From positions 3,232,001 through 3,296,000 of the forward strand of contig CAVXGK010000002.1 of assembly GCA_963761305.1 (NCBI GenBank): a DNA stretch of 64,000 nt, read 5' to 3'. Positions 42,201-50,425 of this stretch are shown in pieces (position 1 is the first letter of the stretch; every line of letters begins with the position of its first letter). The position numbers and the translations under genes are program-made. The notes beneath the pieces were generated by a model. The model had not been told where the DNA came from. It searched no databases and saw only the letters and a program-made list of their open reading frames with translations. Source of the stretch: an uncultured Gemmatimonadaceae bacterium (GTDB lineage Bacteria > Gemmatimonadota > Gemmatimonadetes > Gemmatimonadales > Gemmatimonadaceae).

Positions 42201-42534
42201 CGCGAAGTGGGCGCGCGAGGATCGCGGCGTGCCGCTGCGCGAGGCGTTGATTCAGGCCGGCGCGATCCGGTTGCGTCCGATTCTCATGACGACGTTCGCG
42301 CTCATCGCCGGCATGATCCCGGTGGCGCTCGGCCGCGGCGAAGGCGCGCAGTTCCGCGCTCCGCTCGGTGTGGCGGTCATCGGCGGCGTGATCACGTCGA
42401 CTTTCCTCACGCTGCTCGTGATTCCGACCGGCTACGAGATTCTCGATGAATGGCGCTCGTGGTTCATGCGCAGCATCGGCTCAACGCCGAAACAGATGAC
42501 GGCAGAGCACGCGGTGCCGGCGGCGGGGGACTGA
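39220..42534 (+). CDS. RND efflux permease, paralog 2
   Basis: [32 protein letters not shown]; ATGA overlap with MFP stop. Confidence 0.95.
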   Translation: [1104 protein letters not shown]

Positions 42535-42539
42535 ATAGA

Positions 42540-42667
42540 GGGTGGACAGGTGGACAGGTGGACAGGTGGACGGCGAGATGTCCGACGTCTGGATGCCAGA
42601 AGACTGACTCAGCGGTCCGGCCCTCCCTGTCCACCTGTCCACCTGTCCACCCGTCCACCCGTCCACC
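42540..42667. repeat. Two-armed GGTGGAC(A/G) palindromic element, best-preserved copy
   Basis: (GGTGGACA)x3 GGTGGACG GCGAGATGTCCGACGTC... then (CCTGTCCA)x3 CCCGTCCA CCCGTCCACC. Confidence 0.9.
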
Positions 42668-42758
42668 TTTAGAAACGGCCAGACGTGCCGATATGCAATG
42701 AAAGGGGGCCGCGATTGCGGTCTCCGAGAAGCGCGACGCCGCACCACGGGAGGGCGTC

Positions 42759-43829
42759 CTGCCGCATATCGGACGAAGCATCACGGCGACCGTTGTCATC
42801 GCCTCGACGGCCTGTGCGTTCTCGCGCGGCTCCACGGGATTCCATCCCGCGGACGACTTCGTTCTGTCCGGCACCGCGCTGTCCGATCTCACCGAGGGCA
42901 CGACGCTGCGGACGAGATCGGCCGCGCTCGACCGAATCACCAAGCGTGAGCCGCGGCTCGACAGCACGATGCGTCGACTCGGCACGGGCCGCGGCGTGGC
43001 GATCTACGTCTTCGACGGCGGTGTCAGCGATACGCACGCGGAGCTGGCGGGGCGCGTTCGAGTCGGATTCGACGCGTTCCCGAGCTCCCCTCGAGTCTGC
43101 AACGCGCACGGCACCGCCGTCGCCGGCGCCGCGGCCGGTGCGACGCTCGGCGTGGCCCCCGAAGCCGAGATCGTCGACGTCAAGATCATCAACTGCGATC
43201 ACATGCGCGGATCCGTGAGTGCCATCGCCGACGCGGCGCGGTGGACGGTGCAGGATCACCATCGCCATCCCGGGCAGGCCGCGATCGCGAACTGGTCGTT
43301 CGCCGTCGACACGACGCGCGGCGTTCCGGAGGTGGACAGCGCGCTCGCGATGCTGCGCGACGCGGGAATTCTCGTCGTCGTCGCGGCGGGCAACTTCGAC
43401 ATCGACGCCTGTCACGTCTCGCCGGCGAACGCGCCGCGCGCGTTCGTCGTTGGTGCGAGCGCGCTGATGCATTCGACCGACAAGCAATGGCAGGACGTGC
43501 GGGCCAAGAATACTGCGTGGGGTCCGTGCATCGATCTCTACGCGCCAGGGGACTCGGTGCTGTTGCCGGGTTTCGATCGCGAGGGGCCGACAACGTCCGT
43601 GTGGAGCGGCACGTCGATGGCGGCGGGCTACGTGAGCGGCGCGGCGAGCCTCATCTTCCAGCGCGATCCCGGCGCCACATCCGATGACGTCATGATGTTG
43701 CTGCTCGAGCAGGCCACGCCGTCGGTCGTCGACGAGCGCGCGGGTATCACGACGTCGGCGCGCTCACCGCTGCTCTACGTCGGCCCCGCGGTGCGCACCG
43801 TAGCCGCCGTTCCGCACGTACGGTACTAG
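42759..43829 (+). CDS. S8 subtilase (proteinase K/aqualysin-like), probable lipoprotein with CTG start
   Basis: Triad VFDGG / HGTAVAG / GTSMAA, AAGN; frame is open upstream of ATG 42969 and includes ALDRITKREPRLD and a signal-like ITATVVIASTAC; start position inferred. Confidence 0.85.
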   Translation: MPHIGRSITATVVIASTACAFSRGSTGFHPADDFVLSGTALSDLTEGTTLRTRSAALDRITKREPRLDSTMRRLGTGRGVAIYVFDGGVSDTHAELAGRVRVGFDAFPSSPRVCNAHGTAVAGAAAGATLGVAPEAEIVDVKIINCDHMRGSVSAIADAARWTVQDHHRHPGQAAIANWSFAVDTTRGVPEVDSALAMLRDAGILVVVAAGNFDIDACHVSPANAPRAFVVGASALMHSTDKQWQDVRAKNTAWGPCIDLYAPGDSVLLPGFDREGPTTSVWSGTSMAAGYVSGAASLIFQRDPGATSDDVMMLLLEQATPSVVDERAGITTSARSPLLYVGPAVRTVAAVPHVRY

Positions 43830-44303
43830 TCCGCCGGCCGACAGCACGCCGGCCATGAAGGGTGCGGGCGGCGCCGCGGCGATCGTCTCGTTCCTGTCGA
43901 GCAGGGTGATGATCGCGGTCCGATCGTCCATCGACACACGGAGCCTGTCTCCTTCGCGAATTGCGCTCGTGTCGCACTCGATCGGCAGCAGCGCGTTGTT
44001 GACGGCGTTGCGGTAGAACGTTCGCGAAAAGCTCTTGGCGAGGACCGCCTTGATGCCCGCGGCGAGAATCACCGTGGCGGCGATCTCCATGGCCGATCCG
44101 CAGCCGAAGTTCGCGCCGGCGACGATCAGGTCTTCCGGTTGCACCGACGCCGCGAACGCCGGATCGACCGCCTCGAGGAGATATCGCCTCAACACGCTCT
44201 CATCCAGCGTGTCGCGCTTGCGCGTGGAGGCGATGATGTAGTCGGTGTTGATATCATCGCCGAGCACGCGCGCGCGGCCGTCGAGTGCGATGTGCATCGT
44301 CAT
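43764..44303 (-). CDS. leuD: LeuD/HacB-type hydro-lyase small subunit
   Basis: GDDINTDYII, AGANFGCGS, AKSFSRTFYRNAVN; ATGA overlap with the large subunit; substrate probably not isopropylmalate. Confidence 0.88.
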   Translation of the reverse strand: MTMHIALDGRARVLGDDINTDYIIASTRKRDTLDESVLRRYLLEAVDPAFAASVQPEDLIVAGANFGCGSAMEIAATVILAAGIKAVLAKSFSRTFYRNAVNNALLPIECDTSAIREGDRLRVSMDDRTAIITLLDRNETIAAAPPAPFMAGVLSAGGLVPYVRNGGYGAHRGADVEQR

Positions 44304-45643
44304 CGGATGTCGCGCGGGTCGGTGATGCGGCCCGTGGCGGCCGACGCGGCGCACGTCGCCGGCGACGCGAGGTAGATCGACGCCGTGGCGTTGCCCATGC
44401 GCGCCTTGAAATTGCGGTTCGCCGTGGAGAGCACGTTCATGCCGTCGCCCGGAATCGCGCCGCTCGTTCCGCAGCACGCGCCGCAGCCAGGCGTCGTGAC
44501 GATCGCGCCCATCGTCGTGAGCTTGGCGAGCGTGCCGTCGTCGGTGAGCGTGAGCAGCACCTCGCGCGACGCCGGCGTCACGACCAACTGCACGCCTGGC
44601 GCCACGCGTCCGCCGGCACGCTCGAGCACGTGCACAGCTTCGTGAAAATCGGAGACCCGGCCGCCGGTGCAGGTGCCGAGGAAGACCATGTGCACCGGGA
44701 CGCCGGCCGCCGCGCTGACGTCGACCACGTCAGTCGGATTGTGCGGAATCGCGACGCGCGGCGAGAGTGTCGAGAGGTCGAGGGTGAGGGTGAGTGAATA
44801 GGTCGCGGTGGAGTCGGGGTGGACGGGCGTGGACGGGTGGACAGCGAGACGTCTGACGTCAGACCCCTCGGCTTCCGAGGCGTCGCCTCTCGTTGTCCAC
44901 CCGTCCAGCCCGTCCACCCTCTCGGCGAGGTACGCCTCCGTCGCCGCATCGACGCTCCACATCGCCGCCTTCGCGCCCGCTTCGACCGAGAGATTCGACA
45001 ACACCATGCGCTCGTCGAGCGTGAACGCGCCGACGCCCGGACCGTGGAATTCGAGCGCCTGATAGTTCGCGCCTTCAGAGCCGAGTGCGTGGATCATCGC
45101 GAGACCCACGTCCTTCGCGGCGAGCGCGGGCGGACGCGTTCCGGTGAGCTCGATCCTGATCGTCTCCGGCACGCGCAACCACGTCCGGCCGGTGATGAGC
45201 GCAGCCGCGATGTCGGACGAGCCGAGTCCGGTCGCGAACGCATTGAGCGCGCCGCAGGTCACGGTGTGACTGTCGGCGCCGATGACGAGATCGCCGGGCA
45301 CGATGCGCCCGCGTTCTGGTGCGACCTGGTGGCTGATTCCTTCGCCGACCTCGAACACCGTCGCGCCATGGCGTCGCGCGAATGCGCGTACCTGGTCGTG
45401 AAACGCAGCGGTCTTGGGCGTGGACGGCGGCGAGTAGTGGTCGAGCGAGAACACCACGCGATTCGCGTCGAACAACCGCTCGCCGCCCATCTGCTCGAAG
45501 TAGCCGATGGTCATCGGCGTGGAGGCGTCGGTGCCTATGACGAGGTCCACGTCGCATACGACGACGTCGCCCGCGCGTGCATCGACGCCCGACTTTGCCG
45601 ACAGAATCTTCTCGCTCAGTGTCTTGCCGCGAGCCGCCGTCAT
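44300..45643 (-). CDS. leuC: LeuC/HacA-type aconitase-family hydro-lyase large subunit
   Basis: KTLSEKIL, GISHQ, GADSHT, LSNLSVEAGAK, FLGTCTGGR, PGCGACCG ([4Fe-4S] cysteines), TANRNFKARMG. Confidence 0.9.
   Translation of the reverse strand: MTAARGKTLSEKILSAKSGVDARAGDVVVCDVDLVIGTDASTPMTIGYFEQMGGERLFDANRVVFSLDHYSPPSTPKTAAFHDQVRAFARRHGATVFEVGEGISHQVAPERGRIVPGDLVIGADSHTVTCGALNAFATGLGSSDIAAALITGRTWLRVPETIRIELTGTRPPALAAKDVGLAMIHALGSEGANYQALEFHGPGVGAFTLDERMVLSNLSVEAGAKAAMWSVDAATEAYLAERVDGLDGWTTRGDASEAEGSDVRRLAVHPSTPVHPDSTATYSLTLTLDLSTLSPRVAIPHNPTDVVDVSAAAGVPVHMVFLGTCTGGRVSDFHEAVHVLERAGGRVAPGVQLVVTPASREVLLTLTDDGTLAKLTTMGAIVTTPGCGACCGTSGAIPGDGMNVLSTANRNFKARMGNATASIYLASPATCAASAATGRITDPRDIR
44817..44919. 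repeat. GGTGGAC palindromic element inside the leuC-like CDS
   Basis: GGGTGGACGGGCGTGGACGGGTGGACAGCGAGA ... TCTCGTTGTCCACCCGTCCAGCCCGTCCACCC near-perfect inverted repeat. Confidence 0.85.
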
Positions 45644-46947
45644 TCGCTCGACGCCGCGGCGGCTGTCGGATCGATTGTCACCGGGCTGGCGAGCATCGTG
45701 TCGGCGGCGGCGCCGCGCTCCGTGCGCGCGATCCACGTTGCTCCAACGAGGTTGCTCAACGTGTTCACCGCCGACCGGCACATGTCGAGCGGGCGGTCGA
45801 TCGCGGCCACGAGCGCCATGCCCGCGGCGGCGCGCGAGCCGAGGCCGATCGCGTTCAGCACGATCAGCGTCGTGACGAGCGAACTGCCCGGCACGCCCGC
45901 GCCGGCAAACGCGGCGATCGTCGCCATGGCGACGACCGTGAGCATCATGCTCGGCGTGACGGGAAAACCGTACAGATGCGCGATGAAGACGGCCGTCACC
46001 GCTTTATAGGCAGCCGACCCGTTCTTGTTGAGCGAAGCGCCCGCCGGCAGGACGAAGCTCGTGATGTCGCTGGGTACGCCTAGGCGGTCGTTGGCCGCGG
46101 CCATGCTCACGGGAAGCGTCGCGTTGGACGACGCCGTAGAGAACGCGAGGAAGAGCGCGTCGGACGTGCGCTCGAGGAAACCGGCAATCGGTTGGCCGGC
46201 ACCGAAGCGCAGCATCGGGATCAGCGTGACGACGACGTGCACGACCAGCGCCACGACGACGACGGCCGCGAACGCGAGAAGCTGGTCGAGCAGCCCGAGA
46301 CCCGCCTTCGCGACCGCGGCCGCGATGAGGGCGAAGACGCCGAATGGCGCGAGCTGCATGAGCCAACCGACGACGACCATCGCCATCTCGTTCACGCCCC
46401 GGAAGAAACGCACGACCGGTTCGCGCCGGTGGGTTTCGATGACCGTCGCGGCGGCGCCGAAGAAGCACACCGCGACGATGAGCGGCAAGAGATCGGCGCC
46501 GCCCTGCGCTGCGGCCGCGAACGGATTCTGCGGCACGAGGTTGATGAGCGTCTGCGCGACGCCTGGCACGGACGCGGTACCTGCGCCGCCCGGCTGATTC
46601 GCCGCGCCAACGGCATTCGGAAAGGTGAAACCGGCGCCGACGTTCGATGTCGTCGCGACGAGCAGGCCGATGAGCGCGGCGACGAGCGTCGTTCCGAAAA
46701 AGAAAAGTAGTGTCTTGGCGCCCACTCTGCCGAGCGATCGGATGTCGCCCAGCGATGCGACGCCGACGAACACGCTGGCGATGACGAGCGGCACGACGAC
46801 CATCGTGATCAGTCGAATGAACACGGTGCCGACCGGCTCGAGGTTCGCGACCACGCCTGCGAACAACCCAAAACCGGGCGCGCGCGCGACCAGCCCGACG
46901 ACCACGCCGGACGCGAATCCTATGAGGATCTTGCGCTCGAGCTTCAC
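45640..46947 (-). CDS. Dicarboxylate/amino acid:cation symporter (DAACS, GltP/GltT-like)
   Basis: FIRLITMVVVPLV, AFSTASSNATLP, FVLPAGASLNKNG, AGVPG, IDRPLDMCRSAVN. Confidence 0.92.
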   Translation of the reverse strand: MKLERKILIGFASGVVVGLVARAPGFGLFAGVVANLEPVGTVFIRLITMVVVPLVIASVFVGVASLGDIRSLGRVGAKTLLFFFGTTLVAALIGLLVATTSNVGAGFTFPNAVGAANQPGGAGTASVPGVAQTLINLVPQNPFAAAAQGGADLLPLIVAVCFFGAAATVIETHRREPVVRFFRGVNEMAMVVVGWLMQLAPFGVFALIAAAVAKAGLGLLDQLLAFAAVVVVALVVHVVVTLIPMLRFGAGQPIAGFLERTSDALFLAFSTASSNATLPVSMAAANDRLGVPSDITSFVLPAGASLNKNGSAAYKAVTAVFIAHLYGFPVTPSMMLTVVAMATIAAFAGAGVPGSSLVTTLIVLNAIGLGSRAAAGMALVAAIDRPLDMCRSAVNTLSNLVGATWIARTERGAAADTMLASPVTIDPTAAAASSE

Positions 46948-48104
46948 GACGCGCCCGCTCTCGCCGCGTTGGCGTCGTGCGGCGAATAGTGGCCGGAGAG
47001 CACCTCGTCGAGCGCGAGCTTCAAGGCGTCGAGCGTGCGCTCGGCGTCAGCCATGCGAATGTCGCCCATGTGGCCGATGCGAAAGCCGACCGACTCGTAC
47101 GGCCCGAGGCCGCCCGCCGTGAGAATGCCGCGCGACTTGATTCGTTCTCGGATCGCGCGCGGCTCGACTCCTGCCGGCAGCGCGATCGCCGTCATCGTTG
47201 CCGAGAGATGCGGGAGCTGGGGACATTGCAGCGTCAGTCCGAGCGCGCCGACGCCTTCGCGGACTCGTCGAGCGAGCGACGCGTGGCGCGCGTAGACGTT
47301 GTCCAGGGCTTCCTCGTGGATCATGCGCAATGCTTCGGCGACTTGCAGCACGATCGCCACGGGCGGCGTGCCGGGCGTCTCCGGGCGCGCTTTCTCGACC
47401 GCGTGCTTCACGGCGGTGAAATCCCAGTAGTTTCTCGGCAGCGTCGACGTCGCGCAGGCGGACCACGCACGCTGGCTCAGCACCGCCCACGAAAGCCCCG
47501 GCGCCGACATTAAACACTTCTGCGTCGCCGTGACCGCGACGTCGGCGCCCCACTCGTCGAACGCGAACGGCATTCCGCCGAGGGACGACACGCCGTCCAC
47601 CAGCACGAGCTTGTCGCGCGAGCGGGCAATGCGGGCGACCGCCTCGACGTCGTTCCTCACACCGGTTGACGAATCACCGAACGCGAGCGCGATCGCGCGC
47701 GTTCGTGGATGCTCGTCGAGCACGGACTCGAGCTCGCGCGCATCGACGCCCAGCTCCCATTGTGTCGCCAAGCGATGCGCGACGACGCCGTACGATTCGG
47801 CCAAGCGCGCCCACATCTCGCCGAACTTGCCGTTACAGCACACGGCGATCTCGTCGCCGGGCGAGAAGAGGTTGCAGATCGTCGCTTCCAACGCACCGCG
47901 GCCCGTCGTGTGGATCGGGATCGGTGTCTGCGTCGTGCCAAATACGGGACGCAGAAGCTCCAGCGCGACGGCCAGCTCGCGAGAGAACTCCGGCGTGCGA
48001 TGGTGGATCATGGGCCGCGCGCCCGCGCGCAGCACGCGCTCGGGCACGCGCGTCGGACCCGGCGTCATGAGAAGCAACGGCTCTCCGGCAAACGGCTCCG
48101 TCAC
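46944..48104 (-). CDS. Class V aminotransferase (alanine/serine-glyoxylate type)
   Basis: LLMTPGPT, HHRTPEF, NGKFG, VDGVSSLG, TATQKCL (PLP lysine), FRIGHMG. Confidence 0.92.
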   Translation of the reverse strand: MTEPFAGEPLLLMTPGPTRVPERVLRAGARPMIHHRTPEFSRELAVALELLRPVFGTTQTPIPIHTTGRGALEATICNLFSPGDEIAVCCNGKFGEMWARLAESYGVVAHRLATQWELGVDARELESVLDEHPRTRAIALAFGDSSTGVRNDVEAVARIARSRDKLVLVDGVSSLGGMPFAFDEWGADVAVTATQKCLMSAPGLSWAVLSQRAWSACATSTLPRNYWDFTAVKHAVEKARPETPGTPPVAIVLQVAEALRMIHEEALDNVYARHASLARRVREGVGALGLTLQCPQLPHLSATMTAIALPAGVEPRAIRERIKSRGILTAGGLGPYESVGFRIGHMGDIRMADAERTLDALKLALDEVLSGHYSPHDANAARAGAS

Positions 48105-48787
48105 TCGATCACGCCCTTCTTCCTGAGCGACTCGTCGATCTCCGCGCGATACAACACACCCTTTCCGATCTCGGCGATTCGCGCCGTCTCGCGGGCCATC
48201 AACTCGCCGACGGCCGCGAGCACGGATTCAGCATCGTCGCGCGGGACGACGGCCACGCCGTCCTTGTCACCCACGACGAGATCGCCCGGCATGACGACCG
48301 TATCACCGCAGGCGATCGGCAGATTGATCTCGCCGGGTCCGTCCTTGTCGCACGCGCCGGGACTCACCGAACGGCTGAACGCGGGCATGCCGAGCCGGCG
48401 GATGCCGTCGACGTCGCGAATCGCGCCGTCCACGATGATGCCGCCGAGCTTCTTTGCCGACGCTGTGTGACACATCAATTCGCCGAACACGGCGCTCGTC
48501 GTGTTGCCGCAGGTGGCGACGACGATCACGTCGCCCGGGTCGGCAACCTGAAGCGCCTTGTGCACCATGAGATTGTCGCCGGGCCGACAGCGCACGGTCA
48601 CCGCGCGACCACCGAGCGACAACCCGGTGCGCGAGAGAATTCCTGGATCCATGAAATTGAACCGCCCCATCGCGTCGGCGAGGTTCGCGGCGGCCGTGCC
48701 GCGAAAACGTTCGACGAGCGAATCGGGGAGTCGCGGTGGAGCGGTCGCGATTCGAAAGCCTGGTTTTCCGCTGGCTGAGACGGGCAT
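48101..48787 (-). CDS. RraA-family protein (HMG/CHA aldolase-like)
   Basis: ANLADAM, GRAVTV, GDNLMVHKAL, GELM, VDGAIRDV, PGDLVVGDKDGV. Confidence 0.9.
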   Translation of the reverse strand: MPVSASGKPGFRIATAPPRLPDSLVERFRGTAAANLADAMGRFNFMDPGILSRTGLSLGGRAVTVRCRPGDNLMVHKALQVADPGDVIVVATCGNTTSAVFGELMCHTASAKKLGGIIVDGAIRDVDGIRRLGMPAFSRSVSPGACDKDGPGEINLPIACGDTVVMPGDLVVGDKDGVAVVPRDDAESVLAAVGELMARETARIAEIGKGVLYRAEIDESLRKKGVIE

Positions 48788-49048
48788 GCGCTGGGATGGG
48801 ATGGCTGGTGAGCGCCTGAGAGTTGACTGCCGGTTGACGATGGCGAGTCGCACCGACCGGGGGAAGGGACGACGTAATCCGATCGTAATCCGGGCGTGAG
48901 CCGCCGTTCATCGGGCGGTGATGCGATCGTCATCGAGGGCTCACGGCGCTCTCACGGCCTCACCATCGGGGCGCAATCGGCGGGTGGTATCGTGGCGCCG
49001 AGCGATAGTCCGTCGCTCTGCGGTCACCCGATGGTGGAGGCCCAGGTC

Positions 49049-49753
49049 ATGTTTGGAACGCTTCTCGAGTCCCGAGCGCGCCGGCGTCGCCGGCCCGGTG
49101 GTGCGGCGGTGAGCGTGGCGGTGCACATGGCAATCATCGTCACCGTGACGGCGACGACGGTGCGCGGGAGCGCCGTGATGAACAGCAAGCCCGATCCCAT
49201 CCTGATCCGCTTCGATCGACACATTCCTTCGCCGCCACGCGTTTCTCACACATCGACGACGCAAGCCGTGACGGCGAGTCCCGTCTCGATCGCGTCCATT
49301 GTGATTCGCCACGTCGACGCTCCCACGACGATCCCAGTGGATCTCCCGCCGATCGATCCCTCAGTTGGCAACGGCACTGACAGCATCGTGATCGGCGGCG
49401 GCCCGTCGGGCCCCGGCTTGGCGCACGGCATCTTTGACGGCGCCGAGGGAAACAACCAGAGCGAATGGCGAGGTGTCGATCTTCAAACGCGAATCGTCAC
49501 CTCGGCCAGACCGCGCTACCCGGAATCGTTGCGACAGGCGGCGATCGACGGCACCGTGCTCGTTCGCTTCGTCGTCGACACGACGGGCCGCGTCGATATG
49601 AGCAGCGTGGCGGTGGTGTCGAGCACGCACGATCTCTTCACCCGCGCTGTTCGCGACGCGCTGCCGGGCTTTCGTTTCAAGCCGGCCGAATCCGGCGGTC
49701 AGCACGTGCGCGTGTTGGCTGAGATGCCGTTCGAGTTTCACATCACGAGGTGA
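49049..49753 (+). CDS. tonB: Energy transducer TonB
   Basis: N-terminal TM with SVAVH, Pro-rich linker, PRYPESLRQAAIDGTVLVRFVVDTTG, FKPA; RBS GGAGG. Confidence 0.88.
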   Translation: MFGTLLESRARRRRRPGGAAVSVAVHMAIIVTVTATTVRGSAVMNSKPDPILIRFDRHIPSPPRVSHTSTTQAVTASPVSIASIVIRHVDAPTTIPVDLPPIDPSVGNGTDSIVIGGGPSGPGLAHGIFDGAEGNNQSEWRGVDLQTRIVTSARPRYPESLRQAAIDGTVLVRFVVDTTGRVDMSSVAVVSSTHDLFTRAVRDALPGFRFKPAESGGQHVRVLAEMPFEFHITR

Positions 49754-49759
49754 CGACCG

Positions 49760-50290
49760 TCAGAGCGCGGCGAGCTTGCGAACCGTCGTGATGTTGCGGG
49801 CCGTCGTAGGCATGCCGAGCAGTTTGTCGAGCGTGCCTTTGAATTCCGACCCGTTGATGTCGCTGTGGCGGAGCCAATAGACCTCACGTCCGTGGAGGTG
49901 GAAGTCGTCGGTCGCGCAGCGCGCCGCCATCAACGCGTCGGCGGCGGCTCGACTCGGTTTCTGCTTGAGAAACGCGATCCAGAGCGCTCTGGCGGCCTCG
50001 ACCTTGGCGGCCGGAAAGCCCCCGTCGTGCGCGATCACCGCCTCGAGATCGGCTCGCGAGCGCGTGAAGGTATCCGTCGCAAAGCCCAGTCGCGCGTGAA
50101 GATGTCGTTCAATCTTGGCTTCCAACTTGGCGGCGTCGGCCGTGGTGGCATCGAACGTGACGTTACCGCTCGCAATGAGCGTCGCGACGTTGCTGAAGCC
50201 GAGCTCGACAAACAGCGAGCGCAGGTGGTCCATCTTCACCGTGCGGCCGCCGACGTTGATCGCTCGCAACAGAGCAATGTGCCGGGGCAT
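49760..50290 (-). CDS. DUF1697 family protein
   Basis: IALLRAINVGG..VKM..L, TLIASGNV, TARNITTVRKL. Confidence 0.88.
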   Translation of the reverse strand: MPRHIALLRAINVGGRTVKMDHLRSLFVELGFSNVATLIASGNVTFDATTADAAKLEAKIERHLHARLGFATDTFTRSRADLEAVIAHDGGFPAAKVEAARALWIAFLKQKPSRAAADALMAARCATDDFHLHGREVYWLRHSDINGSEFKGTLDKLLGMPTTARNITTVRKLAAL

Positions 50291-50425
50291 TCGACCTCTC
50301 TGGAGGTTCTTCGCTAGAATCGCGTCACGGCCGAACTCGCCTAACCACCATGGCGCGAAGAAATTGAATGATATCACACCCGTTCTCGGCGAATCGAGTC
50401 CCCACGTCCGACTCGATTCGACGGT

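Noticed and set aside
42698..42949. 83-aa ORF upstream of the subtilase
   Set aside because: Better explained by the upstream extension of the subtilase in another frame
43764..45643. Leucine biosynthesis locus
   Set aside because: No leuA/leuB; context is transporter/aldolase/aminotransferase and substrate motifs diverge; the symbols denote family only
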